NCBI GenBank assembly: GCA_001949185.1
Contig: BDGG01000010.1
Coordinates: 411,337-475,336 of the forward strand
Reading direction: 5' to 3'
Origin: Ramazzottius varieornatus
Lineage: Eukaryota; Animalia; Tardigrada
Length of the DNA: 64,000 nt
The translations under genes were made by a program, and so were the position numbers. A model generated the notes under the pieces. The model was not told the origin of the DNA. It saw nothing but the letters and a program-made list of their open reading frames with translations, and did not search any database. Below are positions 23,801 to 36,520 of this stretch, piece after piece. How positions within the stretch are numbered: the first letter of the stretch is position 1; each line of letters opens with the position of its first letter.

Positions 23801-25944
23801 TATCCTCCGGTTGTTCCGCTGGTCGAAATGAGTAAGGTTCGTCGTGGTCGGCGAGATTTTGTTCGTCTTCATAGGCTTGATCGTAGGGTGGAAGAGGCTG
23901 CGCTTCTGGTGGTAGTTGATGGTCCGTGTGAGCAGTGGGTACTTGGGGCTGCGTTTGAGAGAAGCGGTGAGGGTTAGGACTACCATCAAGAGTTGCAGCA
24001 ACCGTCGCGGTGTCGGCGGTGTTGTCGTACTGATCGTCGCCGCACTCATTGCAGATCCAGTACCCTTTCTATAACGGAAACATCGTCAAGTGCTTCCTCG
24101 TATACAGTCGAAAGCAAGCAAAAAAGTGGCACCGGTTAGTCTAATTACCGACCTTCTGTTCCGGGTCCTTTTGAACTTTGCCGCAGTTACAGCAGACGAT
24201 CAAGCCGCAAATTGCGCATGACTGAAAGCATTACAGAGCGTTGGATGGACGTAACTCGGTCGTTTATATTTCGACTGGCACCGCGCTCGAAGGATACCTG
24301 GCCGATCAATGGCTGTGTCCGTCCGTGCACTACCACAATCTTGAGTTCTTTCTTCTTACAGAGCGGACACCATTCAACCCGAGAGCTGTCTTCGGCAGAC
24401 AGCGCGGCTCGTGGTGCCACCGGTGACAGGGAAGTAGTGTTAACGTCTGGAAAAAAATCATGGCTGTTCAACCGGAAGGGAGTAGGTACTGCTCTTGTCA
24501 GGTTTGACAAGAGATGAAAAGAGCATTATATGCTTACGTGGAACGGAGAAAGTAGAGGAACCATCCACGAATCCGGCTTGTAAAGGCGAAGATGAAGTGG
24601 TGGTTGTAAATGACCCTTGAGGTAAGGGAGCGTCTCTGGACGGGGACTTTGACGATGTCTTTGAAAGGGAATGAGTCTCTTGAGGGCTGCTTGTCCTGTT
24701 TTGCATACCATTCATCCCTTCCTGCCGCACCATAAAAGTCAAGCAGACTTCAAGTTGTAAACCGGCCGGGTTGTGCGACCTCGGCAAACGAACTCGGCAA
24801 GAAATGTTTTTCCAAGTGGCGCAGATTTCTGGCTAACACTACTGCAAACGTGCGTCACTTGGGATAACAATCTTGACAAGTTTGTTTGCCGAGCTCCCCT
24901 CTGGTTTCCGGTAAAATCTAATCCCGTATCCTGTTTGACACTCACCGGTGTGCTTAGATTGGGATTTTGAGCTTCTCGTTGAGCAACCAGGATATTTTGA
25001 TTCAGTGGTACTTGGCGCACCGTATCCGGCGTTGATATCCCTCGTGGAGTGATATCTCGAACAGCAGACCAAAGGTACCTGGGAGGAGGAAGTGACGGTG
25101 GTTGCTGGCGCGGTTGAGCAGGTGCGGGTGTGGGTGGAGGACCGGAAGGTGCGATATCGGAGTCCATGGCGTTAGCTTTGGCCATTACTGCCGCGATCTG
25201 GGCTTGCTCTTCCGCCGTAAGACCACTGAGGTCCACCGATGGTGCAGCTTGGGCTTTGGGCGATGGTGCGGGGCGATTTGCGACCATGCTACTCTGAGGT
25301 CCTGGCATGCGAAGAGTGCTGTTGGCCCTTGGATGAGCGTTCTCTTGGAAGGCAGTTCTCGTGTTGGACAGACCGAGGGTGTTGTGGGACCTTCCATTGT
25401 GGTCGAAGCCTGCAGTCAAACAAGCGGATACTTACCATGAGCGAACTTTTCATCTTCGAATATGGACACCGATTATAGACCTAAGTATATATTTCCTACT
25501 ATTTTAAAAGAAAAAAACGCTTTTGGAAGATGAAGAAATGCCGAAGTGGTACGTATACAATATTGTATGCCAATATCTGATAGAAAATATGCGCAGTGAA
25601 ATAGGATGTAGCAATTCTGCCGCATTCCTACGTACGAATATGTTTGATAGCATCAGATTTGTTGAGAATACTGTCTAATTTGAAAAAGGTATGCACATTT
25701 CCAACAGGCTTTTGTTTTTGGATGCGAATCTGTTGTACATGTACCATTGCACGTTACCTCGAACCCAAAAACCCAGGCCTGCTATACACTCGTAAGAGAG
25801 ATACACCGTTTCCTTTCCTGTCTCGTTACCTGGCTTCTGGTTGAAGGATGCACCGAATCCGGAAATATTTCCTGTAGCAGCTTGAAGGTTTCCAGCTCCA
25901 AACTGGTCAGCCGCAGTATTGACCAAATTCTTGAGGAAATTCAT
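17815..25944 (-). CDS. Piccolo-like presynaptic active-zone scaffold (Piccolo/Fife/Clarinet group): N-terminal helix, Zn finger, long low-complexity region, PDZ, C2A
   Basis: [21 protein letters not shown]; CPLC...CAIC..VCCNCG...WICNEC zinc finger; [29 protein letters not shown]...[23 protein letters not shown]; C2 [60 protein letters not shown]. These closely parallel vertebrate Piccolo PDZ and C2A. Confidence 0.85.
24781..24896. repeat. Intronic palindromic element, Piccolo-like intron
   Basis: TCGGCAAACGAACTCGGCAAGA..CCAAGTGGCGCAG..GTGCGTCACTTGGG..TTTGTTTGCCGAGCTC. Confidence 0.85.
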
Positions 25945-27199
25945 TTTGAACAGTTCCCATACAATACAGCCATCTATCACTTGTTCACCGTACTGTCACT
26001 ACAAAAATCCGCCAGCCCAAGAAAGTTTCAGAGTAGGAAAAGAGGATGATGGTTGTGTGGAGAAGGCAGCAGATAAGTGCCCATATGGACTACGCGATAT
26101 GGAATTCGGCACTATGTCAAGAGCTTGGCATTCGTACAAGGCAAAAGTGATAAACCGACACTGTATAAATTTACTCTGGGGATGACAGCAGCCAGACCGA
26201 GACATCCAATCTCCTCAACATTCCAGGCTTCATCCAGGGACCTTCCAGCCTAACTGTCAACTACCACGCACAGCCGTAATCCGCGATGCCCAGGGCCAGA
26301 GTACCAATAAGCGATTGCTTGTAAGTTGGGCACTAAAATTTCCATCACGCAAAGGACAGACCCACAAGGAAGTATGCTAATGATATGACCAATCCTGCTG
26401 TGTTCCTTGACGATCAGACCTCGGTTCAGCTTATACATTGTGGAAGTATATCCCCCACCAACACAACCGATCGATCAATAAGTCATCCATCCAGAGTCTT
26501 CCTGCACTGCGACTCAACAGACTGTCATGGCTTGACACCGTGTGGGCAGTGTGTACGCTGCTCGTGTGAAGTTACTCCTTCATCCAGTCAGCGGTGTCAC
26601 TCCACATGCCTGACTGGATGTGCTAACGTAACTGACTGTCCTGGATCTGTCTTGCAGTGACGTCAGAGCCCTACGGGAAGAATCAGTCGGATTCAGGGTT
26701 GAGGGTTCAATTGAAAGTAAACCCTGCGCAGTTGACAGCTGACAGGCTCAAGTAAGGGTTTCTGTCGAGAGGTCTACCCTTCTCCACCCTTTTAACCAAT
26801 TAGCAGAACGAGAAAAGATCCGAAGAAAACGCTTGGCCAAACCCAACATTTAATTTTAGTTCTCCTACCTCATACTCTGGATTCACTTCCGGGTCCTACG
26901 CGTTGTCGAGCTTCTTCTTTCGTTCCGATTCCTGGCTTCCCAGCCTTTGTAATTGCCCCGACAGCCGATTCAGTCTAGGGCAATAGAAAAAAGGAAGGGT
27001 TGTGAGCGAATCTTTTTTTGGCCAGCTTTGCAAATGAAATCAAAAAACTTGGGTTCGACTAACTTCCTTCTTCACAACAACCCACAGTACGTACCAGAAA
27101 TGGAAAACAGTCTCAGCAAAATTATGTGAAGTAAACGGCAACAGAAAAGCGTTACGGGCGAGAAGAATGAGAGAAAGTTCAGTACAAACGCAAGGGTAT

Positions 27200-29584
27200 C
27201 TAACGGCATTCCCAGACTTTGATACTTTGATCAACACTGCCCGTTATCACATAGGGGTTACTCTTGTGGAAGTCTGCAACAAGAAAAAAAACCCAGATCG
27301 TTCCATTATCCCCCGCTAAAAACATCAGCACGCATGCCAAGTTGCAGAGCTTTTTCAGTTCGTAAAAGGAGAGACAGAGAAACGGAGAAGGAGCGCTTAC
27401 CAACTGTAGTACAGAAATGATCATGAGCATCCAGCGTTTTATGGCAACGCTTATTCTTAACATCCCATATCCTGATGGTTTTATCATCGGAAGCACTAAC
27501 GATATACTTTCCAAATGGATGGAAAACTAAACCCCGCACCCAGTTATCATGTCCACTCTGCAAAATGCCCGAACCAAAATCAAGAACCATTAAGCCAAAA
27601 ATACTGGAAGGAAACTCACCAAAACAAAAAGCGCAGTTCCACTGCCGACGTCCCACATCCTCAACATCTTGTCCCGTCCGCCCGACAGTAAAAACGGACC
27701 CGTCTTGCTGATCTTTTTCTGCATGATAAACCACAGTCCAACCCACAGATATCCAAGTTAAATGTCATGAGCGAGAACTTACAGCAGCGTCTGCGCCAGC
27801 GGCTTCAACGATGTAACCATGAGCCGTCGAAGGAGCCCACGTTAAACACTCCACGACGTGCTCATGTCCATGGAACTCTCCTTTGGGTTCCCGAGTCTCG
27901 ATAAGAAAGACCCTCACCGTCTACGAAGAGGATAGCTACACGGTGAAAGCTGGTCAAAACTGAAGCTGGGCTACGAGATGAGAAACATACGTGGTCGTTA
28001 GAGCAGCTGGCGACGAGCTTGCCATCTGGCGACACCGCGATCTTGCGGACCCAGTCGGTATGTCCAGTGATGGTCTTGACGCAGTATCCGGTCGACAGTT
28101 CCCACACCTTGATGCTCTTGTCCCGTGAGGAAGACAGCAGACGTTGGCCGTTAGGCGCGAACGCGACTGAAGAGACGTTGTGGTCGTGGCCATGTAACGT
28201 CCGAAGACAAGTGTAACTGGCCATGTCCCACAGCTTGATGCTCATATCCGCCGAACATGAGGCTAGAGCAAACAAGCCCGATCAGTTAATATTAAGAAAC
28301 AGAACCAGTGAGAACCAGGACAGCTCACGGACACCATTATTTTTTAAGACTGGAAGTCTGGCAAAACAGGCGACAAGAGTGTTCCCCCCAATAACGCACT
28401 TCTCCTCTGTCATGAGCTAATAGCGTGCGCCAGGTGGAAAAGCGATCTTGTCGAGTTTGTGTGTCGAGCTTGTAACCCAGTTTTGCTTTCGAACTTCTTT
28501 TCTGCTCGACGAGTGCTCGTCCTACACGAGTATCTTCAGTTTCTGCACGTTTTCGAATCTTCGAGCATTACAAAATCAATTTTGGAATTACCTAAACGAT
28601 CACCGGTGCTGTCAAAAGCGATATCTTGCACAGTATCGGTGTGGCCTTTTAGCGTCTTCTCATATTCGCCGCTTTCGTAGTCCCAAATCTACAAAGCGAA
28701 AGTGTCGGTAATTGCGGTGTTTACCTTTACAGACTGTTCTCCGAGCCTTGACAGATGTGTTAACATGCTCGTACCTTGATGGAAGCGTCTTCTGAGCACG
28801 ACGCTAAAAGACTGTACTTGGGATGAAACGTCACTTTGAGGACTGATGCGCGATGGCCCGTCAAGCAATGCAGCTCTGGTCCGCGGGGTACCCAATCCTC
28901 GGGCTTACGTTGCTCCCTGGTGGGTGCGCCATGTCGCATTTCACGCTCCAGCTCCTGCAGTTTGCTTTCCAACTCCATATTCTACGAGTAGGCAGAAAAA
29001 CAACGTAGCAAAATGCTCACTAGTACTGTCCTCCATTTCCATTAACCCAAAGAGACAAAAGACTTAAACAACACTTGCCAACGCACCGCGCGCATGACGT
29101 CATTGCTATATCGGTCAATCGGCGCACAAGCGCAGTTTAAAAGAGTAACGACAGTGACGCCACGCGCCAATCTGTAACAACACTGTGAGCTGTCTGTTAA
29201 ACGAGATTCTATCACCCAACCTTCTTTTGGAGACGGACAACCGATGTCCATTTCTTCTCCAGTAACCCATTATATTTATGGTCATTTTCAGAGACGGGCT
29301 GCAAGAAAAGAGCAACGATGATCAAACATTTCAAAAATAGGTCTTCTGTTCGGTCTTCTGTTCTTCAATGGCTCATTCCTACCAAATCTGCTACTTTGCG
29401 AAACGCTTCCAGTGCTTCATGGAATCCACAAGTGTTCAAATAATCCGCAATCGCATGATGCCTGAAAAGAGAATGAACATCTGGTCAAAGTCCACGCTTC
29501 TTCGATGGACCATGAAAGAATTATTAACTTCAATTTGCGTAGGATGACTTACAGTTCGTCGCGCTGCTTGTTCGCTAAAGCCAT
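27200..29584 (-). CDS. LIS1: Lissencephaly-1 homolog (LisH, coiled coil, WD40), multi-exon
   Basis: [99 protein letters not shown]. Confidence 0.96.
28358..28470. repeat. Intronic palindromic element, degenerate, LIS1 intron
   Basis: GGCAAAACAGGCGACAAGA...GCGTGCGCCA...GATCTTGTCGAGTTTGTGTGTCGAGCT. Confidence 0.7.
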
Positions 29585-30814
29585 CGCTCCTCTTAAACGG
29601 GGCTCTCCCGCATGTTCGTGCACCATGTAACAGTCATAAACAAGAATTCAGGCTGGTGGTCGAGCTAATTACCAATGATTTATCATTTCCTATAGGCTAA
29701 ACCAGGCTGGTACTTTAAAATGGCATCCGCCAGTTGATCGGGGGGACCAGGTCGACTAGTCGAGTATCAGCTTCCGCGGAAGTCGTCAGGCTTGTTCCTC
29801 GTGCTCCAGAGTCCAGGAATGAAGATTCAGTTAGGGAACACTTCAAGGGGAAGCACTGAATGGGGAAATGGAGAAGATTGAAATCAAGACGTTAGTCGAC
29901 TGTTTGGCAAGTGTATCGTCTCATTCAGCGTAAACTTTGACTTGCGGATTACAGCCAAGCTTGAGGCCACGTCGAACTTGTGGAAACCAGGCATATGATG
30001 TCATGTTGACCCGTGCTTGTTCTGGTTTACGGCCCAGCATGATCCGGTTAGCAAGCTTGTGGTGGCAAGCTGCGGAGTTACAACCAAGATCATCGGAAGT
30101 GCGTCAGAAAGAAGAGATCGGTTTCGCATTATCAGATGAAGCGTGACGTAAGCGATTCCACTCGTTCATCATGCAAATCCCGTGATTGATTCATGGCTTT
30201 ATCAACCTGGTGTCCCACAGGCACCTTGCACATGCACGAGTCTTCCTCGTCATCCACAGAGTCACGGACCACTCATCAGCATCCTATTTTTCAGTCTTCA
30301 TGTTCTTTTCAATGCAGTTTAATCTCGCACGAGAAAGTTTAGGAAGAACTTCATATGCTAGCGAATCATTCCCGAGTTCGAGAGTCACTCGAAAAGCACA
30401 GCTGTTCCCAGTTCAGCCAACTCAGCAGTCGGTAGTACTGTACCTCTGACGGAGCAGGTCCAGTTCGAAATCTGGGATGCGGATCTACTCCCTCTTTTTC
30501 TTATCTGATTCGACTGAGTGGTAAGTGAAAAATTCCGGGTTTATTATGTATGCACTTTGATTCACGGGGAACCGGAAATGGTCCAGACTTTAGAGCACGA
30601 ATGCGAAAATTCTGTACAAGCGGCCTAGAGCGACGCATGTCATAACGAGGATTATTCGGGTTCCTCAGACATTGCTATTGTACATGTCAGTAGTGATGTC
30701 GTCATGAACCATTTGTTGTGCTGTATGTTTTTCTGTACAGTACAGTTTTCAGCCTGAACATGAAGCTTGAACGTTTTTTTACTCTTCCAGACTCGACACA
30801 TCAGCCAGATAATT
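29585..30814. promoter_or_regulatory. Divergent (head-to-head) LIS1/VMP1 promoter and 5' UTR region
   Basis: Start codons about 1.2 kb apart on opposite strands. CGGAAGT (ETS-like) motifs near 29777 and 30093, TGACGTAA (CRE-like) near 30144. Confidence 0.55.
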
Positions 30815-33226
30815 ATGGGACGGACACGTGGAGCAAAGAAGGGTGGAAACGGGGACAAGTCGGCCACGTCCGAAAGTAGCGCGGATTCCCCGATGGAGCC
30901 GCGCATTACGCGCTCCAAGTCACGTCTTTCCTCCTCCAGCTCTCAAAACCAAAGCCTCACAAACGGTCACTCCGAAACGCAGACTTCCTCGGACCCTGCT
31001 GAACACGCACAGATTGACACGTCCTCAGTCCGGAAACGGAGGAACAAGAACCAGCCGTTGGACTTGTCGCCGAGCAGAAGCCCAACCAAGCCTTCGGACC
31101 GTCTGTCGGTCGCCGAACTATCCGCGAAATCCTCTCCACGTCTCTCCAGATCACCCTCCAAGTCACGTTTCTCCATGCAGCCAGATTCGAGGGAGAAGTT
31201 GGTTATCGCTGAAGAGAAGGAAAGAAGCAAGCTGGTACTGCACATTTCCCCACTGCGAACTTTGCAGTATTTCGTCCTTGAATCCATGTGTCTTTTCCGC
31301 GACTACGGTTTAAGGTAAAACTATCACGTATTATAAGCTAACCCTAAAACCCTTTTTTGTCGTTTTCGCTATTGATTTGTCACTGGCAAATTATCGGAGA
31401 TCGATCCCGAATTTACATGAGGTAAGTTCGCTTTTGCAGGTTGGTTCGCTCGATTGCGTTTCTTCCCGCAGTTTTCCTTTCCTTCTTCCTGGTCCTGATG
31501 TACAATGTGGAAGGAGCACATCAAGGCGTAAGAAAATTTCCTTGTTATTCTTTGGTGAATGTTGTCCTTATATTGGATGACAGTTGACGGTTGTTGGAAG
31601 AGCTGTGTTTGTGTTACAGTATTTATTCAAAGTGGAGAAGAAACTGCTGACTTGTGCTTACTGGATTGGCCTGGGAATCCTCTCCTCGGTCGGTCTCGGC
31701 ACTGGCCTCCACACTTTCATCCTCTACCTAGGACCACACATCGCTTCCGTCACTCTGGCGGCTTACGAGTGTGGCACACTGAACTTTCCTCAACCACCAT
31801 ATCCTGACGAGTAAGTCAACACGAGCTGATCGACAAAATATTATCAAAAACTTCCGACAAAATATCCTAATAGTCCGAACGTAATTCTTCCATCGTAGGA
31901 TCATTTGTCCTGATGCAATTGACGGGTTAGTATATGTTCAAGCAGCGGGTGATCCGCACGTGACTTTGTGGAAGATCATGTCCAAAGTCCGTATCGAGTC
32001 TTTGATGTGGGTGAGTGGAAAAACATGCCGCTTTCCTGTGCCGGAAGTGACTCCGGAACGTACTCTCTATCATACTTGCTGTTTAATTTTAGGGTTTAGG
32101 AACGGCCATCGGAGAACTGCCGCCATATTTTATGGCTAGAGCTGCTCGTCTTTCGGGCGAAGAATCAGAGAAGATTATGGAGTTGCAGGCTTTGAGGGAA
32201 GGTCGCCGTGAACACCAGAAACTGGTAACTTCTTTCTTGTTATTCGACTACTTCCGGTTCATCATTACCTTGGTGTATTATTGTTGTCACAGGGTCTCAT
32301 GAATCGGGGGAAGATTTTCATGGAGCAGTTGGTGGCTCGTGTTGGCTTCTTTGGTATCCTCCTGGGCGCTTCCGTACGTAACATGCCATAGACTACGTAT
32401 CGTGTGTCTGTGTATATAAGTATTGAGTTCTCGTTCTCCATTTCTGTAGATTCCTAACCCGTTGTTCGACTTGGCGGGCATCACCTGTGGTCACTTCCTC
32501 GTTCCTTTCACCACCTTTTTCGGCGCGACCCTCATTGGTAAAGCCATCGTCAAGATGCACATTCAGATGATCTTCGTCATCATTTTTTTCTCCGAACGTC
32601 ACATGGAGCACCTGATCCATTTGTTCACGTACGCAAGTCACAAACTAAGTTGGAAGTTTGATCGTGGAAGAAATTATAACATGCACTGAGGCCTGTATTT
32701 CTTTTCAGGCGTATTCCTCGCTTTGGCACCTACCTGGAGCAACCTTTCACGGAATTTCTGGAAAAGCAGAAAGGAAATATGCACCGAAAACTGGTCAAGG
32801 GTGGAGCGCATAGTGTTCAGGTATAAACGCTGCACTAAAAAACAGTCGGGGGACACTTGGAACACCGGCAACCGACTTGGAAATGGTCGTCTCCCGAAGT
32901 AGCGCACGGTTTGAAACAATTATAATGGAGTCGTGCGCCACTTGTAACGATCATGTCCAGCTAATTTGCCGGCGTACCAACTTGCGCTTGGAAGTTGAGA
33001 ATCTGTACTCAGTGAATACCGTCTTTGTTTGCAGGATCCGTCGTGGCTGCAGTACCTTTTTGAGAAGGTGGTCATTGTAATGGTGATCTATTTTGTGATG
33101 TCCATTGTTAATTCCTTCGCTCAGAACTACCATCGGCGAATCTACTCCAGCGACGGGAACCCCATTGATATTAAGAAACTAGCTTTGCCGGGTTCAAGCA
33201 AGAAACCCAGCCAGAAGACGTCTTGA
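30815..33226 (+). CDS. VMP1: Vacuole membrane protein 1 (TMEM49), multi-exon
   Basis: [108 protein letters not shown]. Confidence 0.96.
32865..32972. repeat. Intronic palindromic element, last VMP1 intron
   Basis: AAGTAGCGCACG...CGTGCGCCACTTG..GATCATGTCCAGCTAATTTGCCGG. Confidence 0.7.
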
Positions 33227-33540
33227 ATCGAAACCAACTGCACTTTTACTTCTTCCTTTCTATCGAATGCTGTTTACTGTCAATCTTTTGTCTTCGATAA
33301 AAGTGACCTGACTCCTTTGATTACTTTTAGAATTCCCTTGAGAACTCTTTTCAGCAGAGAGAATAAATTCTCGAATTTAAGGTTTCGAAAATAGAGCCAT
33401 CATTTATACCTTCATCACCGCTAACGCTCCTATGACAGTCGGTGCAGAAATGAACCCTTGCTCAATCTATCCTACGAAAATCAACACGCTTGTCGAATGA
33501 GCCATACGCGACCAGGTACAAAAGTGCCTCTGGAGCAAGA

Positions 33541-33824
33541 TGAGCAGTGGGCAAAGTAACTCAGGTGTCACGTGGTAGAATTCCCTGATGTTGAGAGATC
33601 ACGGGTATAGCTCAGGTTCGCTGATGACGTCTCACTTCCGTCACGTTCAGTGCGAAACCGAGNNNNNNNNNNNNNNNNNNNNNNNNNNNNNNNNNNNNNN
33701 NNNNNNNNNNNNACGGTACCAAAGACGTCAGAGCAGCCAAACCTGACCTTGCCCGTCAGCCCGTGATCTCTCAACAAGAGGGAATTTAACCACGTGACAT
33801 CTGAGTTACTTTGCCCACTACTCA
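33541..33824. mobile_element. MITE-like inverted repeat around an N gap
   Basis: AGTGGGCAAAGTAACTCAGGTGTCACGTGGT...GAGAGATCACGGG is mirrored at 33760-33824. Confidence 0.75.
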
Positions 33825-34279
33825 CTGATATCAGGTATCACGTGACGAAAACGGGATAACACTTGAACTGCGTTCACCAAGGTTAAGTTAGTTAGGTTCT
33901 TGTCAATCTTGTGGACTGTGGAGGGTTAGAGGCCAGATACTCCATTCTGTTGTGGTCAGCTGTGGCATCTTTTTAGTTTGCCCTCCTCGAGCAAGAAAAT
34001 GGACCAGGAATGGTCACACTGAACAAAAACTCTTCAAGGTAGATCTTTCTTTTCCTTGATAATACTGTCCAGATTCTCTTTCATCCGCGCCAGTTGTGTC
34101 TTTCTGGAAGCGAGAACCAGTTCCAACTGTTTCCTGTAGAAAGAATTTCTGTCAGAGTGCACGGTATGTATGATGGTAGAGAAAACTTACAGAGCAGCTA
34201 ACAACTCAGGCTGGCTTCCAGATGACCAAGAAGATGATGGCTGAGCATTTTGAGTAAGGTCGGTCGGAGCAGCTCCGTG

Positions 34280-34770
34280 CTCCATCCTTCAGCGCAGATC
34301 CCCTAACTTTCTCTCCACCATGATAGTCCCAAGGCTCGCCCCTCCAGGCTCTCCCTAGTCCCTTCGCAACACAATCGCAACACGTCTTCCGATTAGGAAA
34401 GGGTTGAAGTATCACAAAGTCCTAAAAGAGAAATCGGGCCCAGAAAATATAATTATTTTAATCTTTGCTTTACCTGCACGTCAAAACAGCTGTCGGACAC
34501 ACCGATACCCCATCGCTGGCCATCCGAAGCGATTTTGAGGGCATTTGTACGCTGTGTTGCACATCAGGTACCATGCAACCCACATGGCCAGGCCGCAAAT
34601 CACATTGTTGAAGGGCGCGTCGCTGACGTCATACGGTGCATTCCAGCACAGCCTTGTATGCTAACTTGCAACGTTACGTCAGAGGACATTACACAGCAGG
34701 TGACCTTTTCATCGCCACAGGTTCCGACGGCGTCCTTGGTCGTTCACGATCAGCTTTACCCCAGGAGGGC
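34280..34770 (-). repeat. Diverged inverted paralog of the CK1-gamma upstream region (~52290-52745)
   Basis: Collinear but clearly diverged blocks, e.g. TGACGTCAGCGACGCG.CCTTCAA, AATAATT.TATTTTC, TGCGATTG.GTTGCGAA.GGA, GCGAGCC.TGGGACT.TC.TGGTGGAG. Confidence 0.8.
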
Positions 34771-36232
34771 CCTGATCGATCTTGTTTACCCAAGCGAACC
34801 TAAGCCGCAAAGATCTATAAACAAGTTCCACAAAGCAGCAAGCCACGACGATCCCCTCTGACAAAAGACGCGATCTGGTCTGCACTGCCTGCAGGGAAAC
34901 TTGAGTCTTCCAAGGTGTGGTCCTTCAATCTCCTTCACGAGATTGCAAGCGTCATCTTCTATTCTGTTACCAAGTTTTTATCATATCGGCAAACAGCAAA
35001 CAAAAATCAATCGTCAGAAAAGAGAAGCAAGTTCTTCACCAATCCGTCACCCGAACCATTTCCAACCGGAAGTCAATTAACTAAGAAATTAAGATAGATC
35101 ACACAACAAAGTCAAAGGCAAAACTGAGCACCAGACGCAAACATAACACTAAATTAGATAAGTGAGGAAATACAGGGAAGTTCGTAAGAATAAAACAGCA
35201 AGAGAAAGAAGGGAAGAAGAGAATACTACTGTTCATTGCATGGATTCTCTTGATTATTTTATTCTTCCATCATGGCACTTCATTCAATCAACTTTTCACA
35301 GCAAAGGTTTTGGTATATCACACAAAAGAGGGTATCGGGGACTGGTTTACTTCAGTCCATGTCATCCGTAGCAGTTAGCCTCACTGTCTTTCCTTCTTTC
35401 CCATTGGGCAGGTCGCCGCGGTCCTTCGAGTCCGCGGGGNNNNNNNNNNNNNNNNNNNNNNNNNNNNNNNNNNNNNNNNNNNNNNNNNNNNNNNNNNNNN
35501 NNNNNNNNNNNNNNNNNNNNNNNNNNNNNNNNNNNNCTGAATCTCATTCAGCTGCTTGGCGTAGTTGACTCCTTGCTCCGTGAACTGTCCGTAAATCTGA
35601 CAGGCTTCCATCGTCTTGTTGGAACCTTCACCCAGAACCTTCTTGTAGATTGCGATGACTCTCTTTTGTTGCTGCAAAGCCTCCCTAGAAAACCAAACGA
35701 CAAAATTCATCATCGAAACATGGTTCAATCTTTTAAAGGACTGACCTGAATTCTCCGCGGCAAGCTTTGTCGCGAGCCAAGACGTAATGTGCCAACGCCG
35801 TTTCGAGGTGGTCTGGACCATACAGCTTCTCGGCCAGCGTCACGGCATTGGTGAGGTACGTCACGGAATGATGATGGTAGCGAAGACCATGGAGCATCAG
35901 GCCGATGGACAAGTCCAGTCGGAAGAGGAAGCCATGGGGCTCGCTGGACGGGTTCAGTAGGCAGAAGAGGTAGCGAGCTCGGTAGGCTAGGCGGAGAGAT
36001 AGCAGGAGCTGCTCGTTGTGATACAGCATTATCGACTACGAAACCCAAAAACACCTTTATACATTTCCCACAAATTCAGTCAACAAAATGGCATGCCGGC
36101 AAACAGACCAGATTGAGATACAAGATTGTTATGTCAAGTGGCGCATATTCCCATTGTTATTGGCTGGAAGCGCGCGCGCAACTCTGAGACAACGATCTTG
36201 CACTGTATTCCCTCGATAGTTCTGCGAAGTAC
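34770..36232 (-). pseudogene. Near-identical inverted copy of the CLU 3' end (last exons, introns, 3' UTR), matching 50401-~52290; contains an N gap at 35440-35536
   Basis: Reverse complement of 36232-35537 matches 50401-51096, and of 35439-34770 matches ~51615-52290. The ORF track gives identical translations in both places. Confidence 0.9.
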
Positions 36233-36520
36233 CACTGAGTCATTCCATACGCTTATCCATCACACGCGGGGTACCGAAGAGAAATGCCAGTTTTATGGAA
36301 ACTGAAACTACAAAGCACCATCGCAATAATTCAATTGTAGTCGAAAGGCATAATAAATTAAGCGTAACTGATAATTCAGCCAGGACCAGGCATCTGTAAT
36401 TCGAATTGCTGCTGCGCGAGGAAATTTGATCAATCGTAATTGCAATCGAAATTCAAAAAGTCATATCGGATAGGGTTGTTAATGGATGGATAAACGGTTA
36501 AACGGATGGATAAACGGATG

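Noticed and set aside
193-29584. Apparent cluster of spindle and microtubule genes (BUB3, EML, LIS1)
   Set aside because: They are interspersed with unrelated genes on mixed strands; such classes are common enough for chance co-occurrence, and there is no sequence evidence of co-regulation.
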